Source of the DNA: a virus
Lineage: Duplodnaviria > Caudoviricetes
Length of the DNA: 63,813 nt
Strand: one strand, 5' to 3'
IMG/VR virus record: IMGVR_UViG_3300044630_005032
Location: 1 to 63,813 of that record
The notes under the pieces were generated by a model. It was not told the origin of the DNA. It was given only the letters and a program-made list of their open reading frames with translations, and did no database searches. Of this stretch, positions 36,221-45,202 are shown piece by piece; positions within the stretch are counted from its first letter, which is position 1, and each line of letters begins with the position of its first letter. A program made the position numbers and the translations under genes.

Positions 36221-36379
36221 GGTCGGTCGGTCGGTGTTGGTGAATGGGTGCCGGGGGAAGAGCAGCGGTCGTAGCGTCAGACGCTCGCCCACGCCAGCGC
36301 AGCCCCCAGCCCCCATATCATAAGCCATTGCGCTTCCCTAAGCCACAATGGCAAGCTGAGAAAACACAACCGCAGCACC

Positions 36380-37087
36380 GTGCCGCTTCCCTTTGTCACC
36401 GCGCCGGAAGTCAAGGTCGAGCAGGTGGGGGATTCCCTCACCGGCATCCTGGAGTTCCCCGTCTTCAACAGCCTGCTGGCTGGGGAGCGGATGATGCTCG
36501 ACGAGATCGACTACCAGAGCACGGTGAACGAGCAGACCCACCGGCTGGCCCGCATCATCCAAGATATGGACGAGCTACCAGAGGAGGACGCCAAGTTGGT
36601 GGCCGCACGCCTGATGGCCAAGCACATCGGGATCCCCGTGGTACTGGAGCCGAAGGAGGACTATATCCGCCAGCGCGAGCACCGGCTGATCCGCGACATT
36701 GACAACCGCCTGTCAGCTCAGAACGAGGCCCAGGTCACCCGACTGGTCACCGCTGCGATCGTCTACCGGCTGGGCAAGGTCGATCCCGACTGCGCGAAGT
36801 GGACCGACGACGAAACCCGCAACCTCACCGAGGGGCTGCGCAATGCCATCTATGCCTTCATGTTGCGCGAGCAGCGCGGTGGCGGCGCACCAGCTGATCC
36901 CGCGGCAACGTTGCAACTGATGGCCGCAAGCCTGGGAAAGCCCAACCTGCCCCAACCGACTGGGGAGCCATCTTCTGGCAGCTCAACGACCTCTGGCCCG
37001 GTCACCACGCCTTCACCAGCGAGCACTTCGCCTGGTGCCCGGAAGTCACCATCTGGGAAGCGCTCGACCAAGGAACCCGCCTCCTGA
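36380..37087 (+). CDS. Tail assembly chaperone (gpG-like)
   Basis: Contains G GGA AAG slippery site at 36934-36940; near the tail tube gene. Confidence 0.7.
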   Translation: MPLPFVTAPEVKVEQVGDSLTGILEFPVFNSLLAGERMMLDEIDYQSTVNEQTHRLARIIQDMDELPEEDAKLVAARLMAKHIGIPVVLEPKEDYIRQREHRLIRDIDNRLSAQNEAQVTRLVTAAIVYRLGKVDPDCAKWTDDETRNLTEGLRNAIYAFMLREQRGGGAPADPAATLQLMAASLGKPNLPQPTGEPSSGSSTTSGPVTTPSPASTSPGARKSPSGKRSTKEPAS

Positions 37088-37632
37088 GGGAACGGCTGCA
37101 CGCGGCAGAGCGGCCGATCGCCAATTTCCATGCCTGGTATGCCAGCGCTCACCGGGACTCCGAGAAGCGCCGCGAGCCGTTCACGATGGAGGAGTTCTGC
37201 TGGTTCCTGCCGCCGAAGGATCAGGACGCAACCGAGGGGCCGCCTGCTGTAGCCGGTGCGGCGATGCTGGCCCTCTGCGAGGCGAGGCAGGTGCCAGGGT
37301 TCGCCATGGCCTTCTACGACGCTCTGGCCACCGCCGGGGAGGGGACGCCACCGCCATCACTGCTGGCCCTGCTGGCAGATGATGCCATCCTGCTCGCCCC
37401 GGTGGAGCACCAGGACGGCTGGCGGGGGCTACTGCTGGCGGAAGACACAGCAGCGGGGCAGGAGCGGGTCTTCAGGCTGGCGGATGATCCGCAGCGGGCA
37501 GTGACCCTGTTGGTGCCGATCGCTCCCGATGCTGCAGCGCCAGCATGGGCGGCGGCAGGTTCATGGCTGCCCATCGTTCGATCTGGCGATAGCAATCCTC
37601 CACCGCCTGCGCTGCAGCCTGAATCGATGTGA
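36934..37632 (+). CDS. -1 frameshift extension of the tail assembly chaperone (gpGT-like)
   Basis: -1 frame is open from the slippery site (AQPAPTDWGAIFWQL...) through the 37186-37632 ORF. Confidence 0.7.
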   Translation, partial: GKAQPAPTDWGAIFWQLNDLWPGHHAFTSEHFAWCPEVTIWEALDQGTRLLRERLHAAERPIANFHAWYASAHRDSEKRREPFTMEEFCWFLPPKDQDATEGPPAVAGAAMLALCEARQVPGFAMAFYDALATAGEGTPPPSLLALLADDAILLAPVEHQDGWRGLLLAEDTAAGQERVFRLADDPQRAVTLLVPIAPDAAAPAWAAAGSWLPIVRSGDSNPPPPALQPESM

Positions 37633-37735
37633 AGTAGCCCAGCGACCACCGCCTTCCAGCCCACCACACGCGAGCCTGATACGGGCGCCGTGCGTTATGG
37701 GGACAGTGGGAAACGCCGCGAGGGTAAGAAGCCAT
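37472..37735 (-). CDS. AP2-domain DNA-binding protein
   Basis: YPRGVS...YQARVWWAGRRWSLGYFTSIQAAAQA; GGAAAGCT 5 nt upstream. Confidence 0.7.
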   Translation of the reverse strand: MASYPRGVSHCPHNARRPYQARVWWAGRRWSLGYFTSIQAAAQAVEDCYRQIERWAAMNLPPPMLALQHRERSAPTGSLPAADHPPA

Positions 37736-37822
37736 GCCCCAGCTTTCCCACCTAAGCCGCTGAGAAGGCTTAAGCCGTAGCGGAACCCTGCGAGGTAACG
37801 CACCGGCAGCGCCGGCAGGATC

Positions 37823-38656
37823 ATGACTCAGGCATGGGAACAGGCCTACGGCTTTAGGTTCTTCTTCACCCCCCTCAAGTCTTCGGCGGTTGACCTCAAC
37901 CGCATCAACCTCGGCGGGCTTGGCACCGGCAGGTTCATTGACAACACCACCCTGCAAAGCTCCACCGCCAAGGTGATCACCGCTGGCACGGGTGACACGT
38001 TTGCCGTTGGTGTTGGCACCAAGGCGGTTACCAATGCCGTGAGCACCAGCACCACCGCAACCCTGACCTTTGCTGATGCCCATGGCATCACGGTGGGCAA
38101 GCGGATCGCGGTGAAGGACTTGCCTGCCCCCTTCACCACGCTCAACGGGTCTTTCGTGGTGACAGCAGTTACGACCACCTCGCCGCACACCCTGACCTAT
38201 GCCCTGACCGGTTCGGCGATCACCACTGCCGCCGTATCTGCTGGTGTGGTGGCCCCCTCACTCCTGCTCGACGGCACCGATCCCCCGTTCCGCCTGCTGG
38301 GTCTGACCAATATCCAGCCCAGCAACAGCACCACCAAAGAAAGCGTCACCACCTACGACGACGAGGCGGGCAGCTACAACACCCCGATTCCTACCGCCAG
38401 GGACAAGACCTGGAGCCTGTCCGGGGCGATGAACTTCGCCGATCCTGCGTGGCGTGCCATGCGGATCTGTGAAGAGTTCAACGTGAGCGAGAAGTTGATG
38501 GTTGAGTACGCCGTCATCGGCCCGAACAACGGGAAGCAGGTGGAGTACGGCTATGGCTTCTTCGAGAGCTACCAGCCTGAGCAGGCTGCTGGCACGGTGA
38601 TCAAGTTCCAGGTAAGCCTGGCCGGTTACGGCAAGGTTGGGCTGGATCTGCTCTGA
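37823..38656 (+). CDS. Major tail (tube) protein with inserted beta-rich domain
   Basis: PTARDKTWSLSG, GYGFFESY, IKFQVSLAGYG; internal TFADAHGITVG...LNGSFVVTAV insert. Confidence 0.75.
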   Translation: MTQAWEQAYGFRFFFTPLKSSAVDLNRINLGGLGTGRFIDNTTLQSSTAKVITAGTGDTFAVGVGTKAVTNAVSTSTTATLTFADAHGITVGKRIAVKDLPAPFTTLNGSFVVTAVTTTSPHTLTYALTGSAITTAAVSAGVVAPSLLLDGTDPPFRLLGLTNIQPSNSTTKESVTTYDDEAGSYNTPIPTARDKTWSLSGAMNFADPAWRAMRICEEFNVSEKLMVEYAVIGPNNGKQVEYGYGFFESYQPEQAAGTVIKFQVSLAGYGKVGLDLL

Positions 38657-38658
38657 TC

Positions 38659-38931
38659 ATGGCGATCACTGTTCGGGGGGAGACGTTTCAGGGCTATAAC
38701 CAGCCCAAGCGGACCCCCCAGCACGCCACTAAGAGCCATGCGGTGTTGGCGAAGGAGGGTGAGAAGGTCCGGCTGATCCGGTTCGGTCAGCAGGGGGTGA
38801 GTGGTGCGGGGAAGAACCCTCGCACCGACGCCCAGAAGGCCCGCCGTGCGAGCTTCAAGGCCCGCCATGCTGAGAACATCGCCAAGGGCCCGATGAGCGC
38901 CGCTTACTGGGCAAACAGGGTGAAGTGGTAG
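38659..38931 (+). CDS. Small basic phage protein (DUF6321-like)
   Basis: LIRFGQQG...RRASFKARH...SAAYWA. Confidence 0.7.
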   Translation: MAITVRGETFQGYNQPKRTPQHATKSHAVLAKEGEKVRLIRFGQQGVSGAGKNPRTDAQKARRASFKARHAENIAKGPMSAAYWANRVKW

Positions 38932-38969
38932 CCAAGCAAACAACGGAAATCCCGGTGTTTGAGTTGATG

Positions 38970-38993
38970 GCCCCGGTAGTGCCGGGGCTTTTT
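38970..38993 (+). terminator. Intrinsic terminator
   Basis: GCCCCGGT-AGT-GCCGGGGC-TTTTT. Confidence 0.8.
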
Positions 38994-39001
38994 ATTGCCC
39001 T

Positions 39002-39220
39002 TTACGCTTCAGCGCTAAACGGCTGGCTGACCCTCTCCATGCGCTTGGCCCAGGTGTCGCCACCTTCGCGGCCCCGGCACGGGTTGATGCAGGCGGGGTC
39101 GTTGACCATGTTGCAGACCAGGCCCGCCAGATCAAGCTCAGAGGCCTTCTTACCGGTTGCCCAGTAAAGCTGTTCGCCTAGCCAGAGGGCGCCGCAGCGT
39201 GGGCAGGAGCGGGCTTCCAT
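39002..39220 (-). CDS. Small Cys-rich hypothetical protein
   Basis: CPRCGALW...LYWATGK...DLAGLVCN...CINP; late motif at 39243-39250. Confidence 0.65.
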   Translation of the reverse strand: MEARSCPRCGALWLGEQLYWATGKKASELDLAGLVCNMVNDPACINPCRGREGGDTWAKRMERVSQPFSAEA

Positions 39221-39228
39221 GGCGGGCT

Positions 39229-39732
39229 GGCAGTGTTGCGGCAGGTTTCCGGGTGCGTCAGCCGCCCTGCTTGGATTTGGTCAGAACAAACGGCGTCAGC
39301 GATTCGACTACGCCTTCTTCGCAAAGGGCTTCAATGAACTTTGGGTTGTCTTGTATTAGTGCTGCAAGTTTGGGTGAGCAAAAAATTGCTACCGTATCGC
39401 CTTTTGCATGAGCTTCCGCTCCCACTAAAAGAAGATTGAGGCCCACTGGGAAGCTGTGATACCACTTGTCAAGCTCTAGCAGCGCTGCAATCCGCTCCGC
39501 TTTTTTCTTTTCACTATCTGGAAAAATGATGCTGTTAGTGTGTTCAATCTTGTCTTTCATGGTGTGGCCGGAGGCGGTGGTAGTGAATCAGTGGAAAGGG
39601 CCTGGCGGGCGGGCAGTGTTGCGGCAGGTTTCCGGGTGCGTCAGCCGCCCTGCTTGGATTTGGTCAGAACAAACGGCGTCAGCGATTCGACTACGCCTTC
39701 TTCGCAAAGGGCTTCAATGAACTTTGGGTTGT
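39229..39732. repeat. 121-bp direct repeat (39229-39349 and 39612-39732)
   Basis: Identical 3' ends plus downstream sequence of two tandem genes. Confidence 0.9.
39258..39560 (-). CDS. Hypothetical protein, tandem paralogue 2
   Basis: C-terminus NPKFIEALCEEGVVESLTPFVLTKSKQGG shared with 39641-39940. Confidence 0.7.
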   Translation of the reverse strand: MKDKIEHTNSIIFPDSEKKKAERIAALLELDKWYHSFPVGLNLLLVGAEAHAKGDTVAIFCSPKLAALIQDNPKFIEALCEEGVVESLTPFVLTKSKQGG

Positions 39733-39940
39733 TGTTTAGGACTTCTGCTAATTTGGGCGTGCAGCAAAGTACCATTGTATAACCCCTTGCGTGATCTTTC
39801 GCACACCTTAGTGCAAGTTCTGCACTGAAAACAGTAGCTTGATTCCAGTCTTTAAGTTCAAGCAAAGCTGCAATTTGCTCAAATTGTCTTCTGTGGGCAT
39901 CGGTGAAGAATAGCGAGTGAGGATAACTTTCTTTGCTCAT
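39641..39940 (-). CDS. Hypothetical protein, tandem paralogue 1
   Basis: As above; IAALLEL also shared. Confidence 0.7.
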   Translation of the reverse strand: MSKESYPHSLFFTDAHRRQFEQIAALLELKDWNQATVFSAELALRCAKDHARGYTMVLCCTPKLAEVLNNNPKFIEALCEEGVVESLTPFVLTKSKQGG

Positions 39941-40109
39941 GGCGTGTTCGGGGGGGGTGGTGTTGATTCAGTGGAAAGGGCTTGGCGGATCAGCTCCCGC
40001 GCCCATACGGTTACTGGCGTGTCCTGCCGTTTGCAGTGGTCGCGCACGGCTGCATAAAGGTCTGGCGCCATCGTGAGCTGAATCATGCAGCGGCCGTCTT
40101 TGCGGATGC

Positions 40110-40928
40110 TCATGCTGCTACAGGAGTAGACACAAACTTGTCAAGACTTTCTCGTATGTACACCATTGCAATAAATCTGGTTTGCGGTTCGACTACAATC
40201 CTGCTGACACGTGATTTAGCGGGGTCAAAAACAACCAATGCTCGGGCAAAGACGTCAATTTTGTCGTGAGTACGTAGCGGAGTTCCCGTTGTTACCCGAC
40301 GAGTTAAAGCCTTTGATGCAACAGTCATTTCATCATAACGTGCCATCACTAAAGCTCTGTACTGAGAATAAACAAAATCAACATCGACATTGTTAATAAT
40401 TTGCACGGCAGCGGCTAGCTTAAAAGGTGCGCAGCTAAAGTAACTCACTTTTGTAGGGCAGAAACTTATTAATGCTTCAATTACGTTTTGCAAGCCTCGA
40501 TCTATTAACGGCTGAATTTCGCGAGCTGTTGGGCGTGTGTTGTTCACTATCAATGTTCCAGCCAGCCGAAGTACTTCGGCTACCGGCCTAGAGCAGTTTA
40601 GTATGTCGCTGTAGCTACGTGATAAACCTCTATCAGTAACTTGATAGGCTTCTTTGGGAAGACCCCAAACAACTGTCGATTGAAATGCAGTATCGGCAAG
40701 TATGCAACCGTTCAACCTGTGGTGCGCATCTCTCAATCGACCTTCAGTGTCTATTCCTATTCCTTGACTGGTTACCAACCAATCCCCGCGCTTCATGGCA
40801 ATGGAGAGAAGTCTGACGTAGTGGGGGCGAATTGGCCTGTTGCCTGGGCTTGTTGCGAGCAACTCTCTCGCCATATCTGGCGTAATGGTCACTATTGCGC
40901 TTTGCGGAACTGGGCTGACAAAATTCAT
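40110..40928 (-). CDS. ParB/Srx-like N-terminal domain protein
   Basis: ITPDMARELL...NRPI...M..GDW...QGIGID..GRLRDAHHRL (DGQHR-like); AT-rich. Confidence 0.65.
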   Translation of the reverse strand: MNFVSPVPQSAIVTITPDMARELLATSPGNRPIRPHYVRLLSIAMKRGDWLVTSQGIGIDTEGRLRDAHHRLNGCILADTAFQSTVVWGLPKEAYQVTDRGLSRSYSDILNCSRPVAEVLRLAGTLIVNNTRPTAREIQPLIDRGLQNVIEALISFCPTKVSYFSCAPFKLAAAVQIINNVDVDFVYSQYRALVMARYDEMTVASKALTRRVTTGTPLRTHDKIDVFARALVVFDPAKSRVSRIVVEPQTRFIAMVYIRESLDKFVSTPVAA

Positions 40929-41108
40929 GAGACAATGCCGGCGGCTATGCCGGGCGATGGGTAGTTGAGCCCGGCCGGTGGCCAGGAGCGGGCGGGGGGT
41001 GCAACCCCGCTTGTTCCGCATGATCGGATCCTAAACGATCGTAAGCCGTTTGGAAAGGGCAACGCCACCCGGTTGCCAGATCGGCCCGCCCGCCGGGAAA
41101 GCTGAGGC

Positions 41109-41555
41109 ATGAGCCTGCCTACCACTGCACAGGAGCTGTACGACCTACTGGCGGGCGATGCGGAGGTCAGCGCAGCCTTAGGCGCGTACACGCCTCGCGG
41201 CCAGAGCCCTGTCCCCGCCATCGCCGTGGTGCGCCGCAATGAGCAACTACCCGAGGGGGTGGCCGTGGCTGGCCTGGAGGTGGTGATCCTGAACAACCCC
41301 GACTACAGCCCTGAACCGATGCTTACCGGGGAGACGGGGCTGAACCCACAGTTCCGGCTGTACGTGAGTGAGTGGTCACCCTCGACCGACTTGACGGCCC
41401 TGCAGGCGCTCACCCAGCGGATCATCAGCCTCCTGCCGGGCTGCCGTGCGGTGCCGATCGGTGGTGATGCGCCGGGGCAGGGGCTCGGGGTGCTGGATCA
41501 GTACGCCATCAGCTGGACAAACCCCACTCAGTACGTCGTGACACCGGAGAGCTGA
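41109..41555 (+). CDS. Putative tail terminator / completion protein
   Basis: LYDLLAGDAEVSAALG N-terminus; directly before the tape measure; late motif at 41096. Confidence 0.5.
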   Translation: MSLPTTAQELYDLLAGDAEVSAALGAYTPRGQSPVPAIAVVRRNEQLPEGVAVAGLEVVILNNPDYSPEPMLTGETGLNPQFRLYVSEWSPSTDLTALQALTQRIISLLPGCRAVPIGGDAPGQGLGVLDQYAISWTNPTQYVVTPES

Positions 41556-41556
41556 T

Positions 41557-44421
41557 ATGGCAGGGAATGAGTGGGTCGTTAAGGTCACCGCCGATGTAAA
41601 GGGTGTGCTCGATGCCTCGCGGCAGATCGGGCAGGCGGGGAAGCAAGCGGGGCAGAATTTCCAGGACGGGTTTAACGGGACCGACAAAACTCTCTCAGGC
41701 TTATCTACACAGCTTAGGGAGACGACAGGCGGAGTAAAAAGCTTTGGCGAATCACAACAAACCATCGTCAAAAATCAAGGGGATGTTAATTCCGTATTGG
41801 GTAAAGGCAATAGCATTCTGGGCAGCTTGACTGATGGTGTAAAGAGCTTTGCGCTGCAAGCTGGTTCGGTTCTTACGGTTGGCGCAGCGCTTCAGTTTGC
41901 TGGCAAGCAGATTATGGATCTTGACAACGCAAGCGCTGCGGTGCGGACCCTTGGCGTTGACTCAAAAGCACTTAGCAAAGAACTACTGAAGTTATCAACA
42001 GAGCTAGACGGTAACGTAAGTCGTGTTGAGCTGATGCAAGCATCTTACGATGTAGCATCAAGCGGCTTTACCAAAACCTCAGAGATTGTCGATATTCTGC
42101 GAGCTTCAGCACTAGGCGCTACCGGGGGATTCTCGGATCTTGCCACTGTAGCCGATGCTGTAACATCCGTCATCAATTCTTACGGGCTTGAAGCTTCAGA
42201 CGCTACGTCTATTGTAGATAGCTTTATCCAAACACAAAATGACGGCAAGATAACAGTTGCGCAATTTGGAAAGCAGATCGGTAACATTGCAGCCGTTGCG
42301 GCTGCAGCAAATATTCCCTTAAGCGAGCTAAGTGCTGCAATCGCCGACGCTACAGCAAAAGGAGTTCCTGTTGAGCAAACATTTACAGGACTTAGGCAAG
42401 CCATCAGTTCAATCATAAAACCTTCAGAACAAGCCAAGGATGAAGCAGAGAGGCTCGGAATAGAATACAACTTGACTGGCCTAAAAGCGCGTGGGTTCGC
42501 TGGATTCCTAGCCGATGTAGTTACAAAAAGCAAAGGTTCAGCTGATAGCATTGCAATCTTGACCGGTAGTGTAGAAGCCCAAGCTCCCATCCAGCAAATT
42601 GCAAACGATAAATTAAAAAATTACAACGAGTTCCTGGATAATCAAATCACGAAAACCGGCCAGGCCAAGGCAGCCGCTGAAATTGCTTCGGCAACCATTG
42701 TCGGTGGAATTGAGAAAATTACTAACGCATCTAGCAATCTTGTTACAGTATTGGGAGCATCTGGAGGAGGATCGGTAGGGGAATTTTTAAGTCGTCTTGC
42801 AACAGGCATTTCGCTCGTTCAAGCATTAACAGTGAAAGCCGTTGAAGCTGCCGGGGCCATTAAAAGCGTTTTTACTTTCACCCCACCAGCAAAGGCGGTT
42901 TACGATCTAAAAGAGGGGTTTGATAATCTTATTATATCTGGCGCAAAATGGATAACCTCACAACTTACTGGGACAACACAGCTAACGGTAGCGCAAGAGA
43001 AGCAAATCAAGGCAATAGCACAAGGAAACCAAGATCTTCTAGACCTTGCAAAAGCATATAACAAAGAGCAGCTAGAGCGACTTGAATACGATCAGAAGAT
43101 AGCGGATGCTCAGGGCAAGCTAGCCAAGGCGCAGTCTGACTCTCAGCTGCAAATTGGCCAGGCCAGCATTAACCTTGGCCAGGCATTGATCAGTCTAGAA
43201 GATTCCCGCTTTGGCATCATCAAAAGTCGCAACGACTTTGAGTTGAGAGATGCTCAAGAGCGCAAGGCAAGCGAACGAGAACTGGATGAAATTAAGCGCC
43301 GGGGTGAAGAGATAGAAGCTGCCGCCATGAGCGCCAAGTTTCAGGGATTGGTGGCACAGCAGGGACTAGAAAGAGATCTGCTGGCATTGAAGCAGCAACA
43401 GGCACTTACAGAGGCAAACAGTGAGGTAAGGAAAGCAAATGCAGAGTACAAAAAAGCAGAGCTTGAGGTAACAAAAGCAATCAACGAAAACAACAAAGAA
43501 GCGGAAGCCTCGGCAAGAGCAAACCTAGAGATCAAGGATATTGACAGGCAGATTGCCAATGAAAACCTAGGGATCCTTCAGCAAATCCAGCCTATACAGG
43601 GCAGGATCGCTGATGCCACCAACGAAGAGGCGATCAATAGGGCCCTTGCTGCCGCCGAGGCCAAGGGCCTACAGCTTGCCGCTGACGGCACGTTCAAAGC
43701 TGCCAAGGGCACCGCCGACCAGTTCAAGAGCGTGGGGGACAGCCTGAAGGTGCCGCTAGCGCAACAGGGTGCCTTTGCCCAGTTGGCCAAGGATGTGGGC
43801 CTCCGGGTGCGTGATACCGGCAGGGGCTACTACGAGATCGGACAGGCTCTGGGCAAGGGGGTGGGGCCCGCTGCGAACGACATCAAGGACTTCATGGGCG
43901 TGGCATCCAAGGCCACCGCTGCAGCCAAGGGCCAGGCGGCAGGGCTTAGCACCAACATGGGCAATGCAGCCAACGCTGCAGACAGGTTCTACCGCTCCCT
44001 GGCAGCAGCCTCCGGCTTGCCCCCTGCCCGATTCACGGGTGGCCCTGTGGATGCCGGCCAGACGTACCGCATCAACGACGGCCCCAGCGGCATGAGCCTG
44101 GGCCAGGAGGCGTTCCTATCAGCCTCTGGCGCCCTGTCCCTGATTAACCGGCCCGCCAACAGCCTGTGGTCGCCCCCCTCCAAGGGCACGGTGATCCCTG
44201 CTGCTATCACCAGCCGCCTGAAGGAATCCGGGGCCCTCGGCGGCGGTGCTGGTGTGCTGCGTGGTGGGTCCGATCCGGCAGTAGCCCATCTGGCCCTCGC
44301 GGTTGGAAACCTGAGCCAAGAAGTGGCCGAGCTGAGGCGAAAAGCGTGGAATGTGTCGTTCACGGGACGCTCCGATGGATCCGGCTTGAGGCTGGCGAAG
44401 ACGACAGCGCGGATGTTCTGA
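41557..44421 (+). CDS. Tail tape measure protein (TP901-like)
   Basis: YDVASSGF, ATGGFSDL..VADAVTSVINSYGL, GLRQAISSIIKPS; RFTGGPV C-terminus. Confidence 0.92.
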   Translation: MAGNEWVVKVTADVKGVLDASRQIGQAGKQAGQNFQDGFNGTDKTLSGLSTQLRETTGGVKSFGESQQTIVKNQGDVNSVLGKGNSILGSLTDGVKSFALQAGSVLTVGAALQFAGKQIMDLDNASAAVRTLGVDSKALSKELLKLSTELDGNVSRVELMQASYDVASSGFTKTSEIVDILRASALGATGGFSDLATVADAVTSVINSYGLEASDATSIVDSFIQTQNDGKITVAQFGKQIGNIAAVAAAANIPLSELSAAIADATAKGVPVEQTFTGLRQAISSIIKPSEQAKDEAERLGIEYNLTGLKARGFAGFLADVVTKSKGSADSIAILTGSVEAQAPIQQIANDKLKNYNEFLDNQITKTGQAKAAAEIASATIVGGIEKITNASSNLVTVLGASGGGSVGEFLSRLATGISLVQALTVKAVEAAGAIKSVFTFTPPAKAVYDLKEGFDNLIISGAKWITSQLTGTTQLTVAQEKQIKAIAQGNQDLLDLAKAYNKEQLERLEYDQKIADAQGKLAKAQSDSQLQIGQASINLGQALISLEDSRFGIIKSRNDFELRDAQERKASERELDEIKRRGEEIEAAAMSAKFQGLVAQQGLERDLLALKQQQALTEANSEVRKANAEYKKAELEVTKAINENNKEAEASARANLEIKDIDRQIANENLGILQQIQPIQGRIADATNEEAINRALAAAEAKGLQLAADGTFKAAKGTADQFKSVGDSLKVPLAQQGAFAQLAKDVGLRVRDTGRGYYEIGQALGKGVGPAANDIKDFMGVASKATAAAKGQAAGLSTNMGNAANAADRFYRSLAAASGLPPARFTGGPVDAGQTYRINDGPSGMSLGQEAFLSASGALSLINRPANSLWSPPSKGTVIPAAITSRLKESGALGGGAGVLRGGSDPAVAHLALAVGNLSQEVAELRRKAWNVSFTGRSDGSGLRLAKTTARMF

Positions 44422-44431
44422 GGGTGAACTG

Positions 44432-45202
44432 ATGAGCATTCAGCTCGTCTACGGAGCTTCCACCCTGACACTGCGTTACCTGCAGGCTCAGCCGATCGGG
44501 TATGCGGAGACAGAGACGGAGCAGGGGCTGACGGCAAGGCGGTTCAGCGTGGCGGGCCTCTGCACCCCGACGCAGTGGGTGACCACCTGCACGATCTTTG
44601 ATGCGTGGCAGGCGGCCAAGATCCTGGAGTCGCCCACCATTGCCAGCCGGGCAGTGGGGGGCACCGTGGCGCTGACTTGCTCCGCCCATGGCCGCAGTGT
44701 CACCAGCCTGGCGTGCTGGTTCACCGGGGCGCCGGTTGGCGAGACGGTGCAAGGCGGGGCATGGGTGAAGGTGTCGTTCACCCTGATCGATGCAGCGCAG
44801 CAGCTGGCGGTGCTGCTACGGCAGAACGAGAAGGCCCGCCTAGGGGGTGATGCCTTCCTGCCCGCCTACGGCACCATCACCCTGGGCACCACCACGCTGG
44901 CGCTGCTGGATCAACCCGAGGGCTTTGAGGATGGCCCGACCCTGGAGCCCACTTCTACCGGGGGGTTCGTGGCGCGGGGGCCCCTGGTGGCCAGTGAGGT
45001 GCGCACCGTTCGGGGGGTCACCAATTCCGCCGGCTGGACTGCGGTAAAGGCATGGTTTGCTGCCACGATCGCGGCCCGTCCCGGTGCTAGCGAGTTCTGG
45101 CCGGTGGGTGAGCTGGGCCTGGAGCGTGATCAGATCGTGTCAGGTGGCGCGGTGGTCGAGCGCTACATCGTGACCGTGAAGCTCAAGCGGAGGGCTGCCT
45201 GA
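44432..45202 (+). CDS. Putative distal tail protein
   Basis: Position after the tape measure; beta-rich. Confidence 0.55.
   Translation: MSIQLVYGASTLTLRYLQAQPIGYAETETEQGLTARRFSVAGLCTPTQWVTTCTIFDAWQAAKILESPTIASRAVGGTVALTCSAHGRSVTSLACWFTGAPVGETVQGGAWVKVSFTLIDAAQQLAVLLRQNEKARLGGDAFLPAYGTITLGTTTLALLDQPEGFEDGPTLEPTSTGGFVARGPLVASEVRTVRGVTNSAGWTAVKAWFAATIAARPGASEFWPVGELGLERDQIVSGGAVVERYIVTVKLKRRAA

Noticed and set aside
39229-39732. Diversity-generating retroelement template/variable repeat pair
   Set aside because: Copies are identical with no adenine-specific changes, and there is no reverse transcriptase in the window
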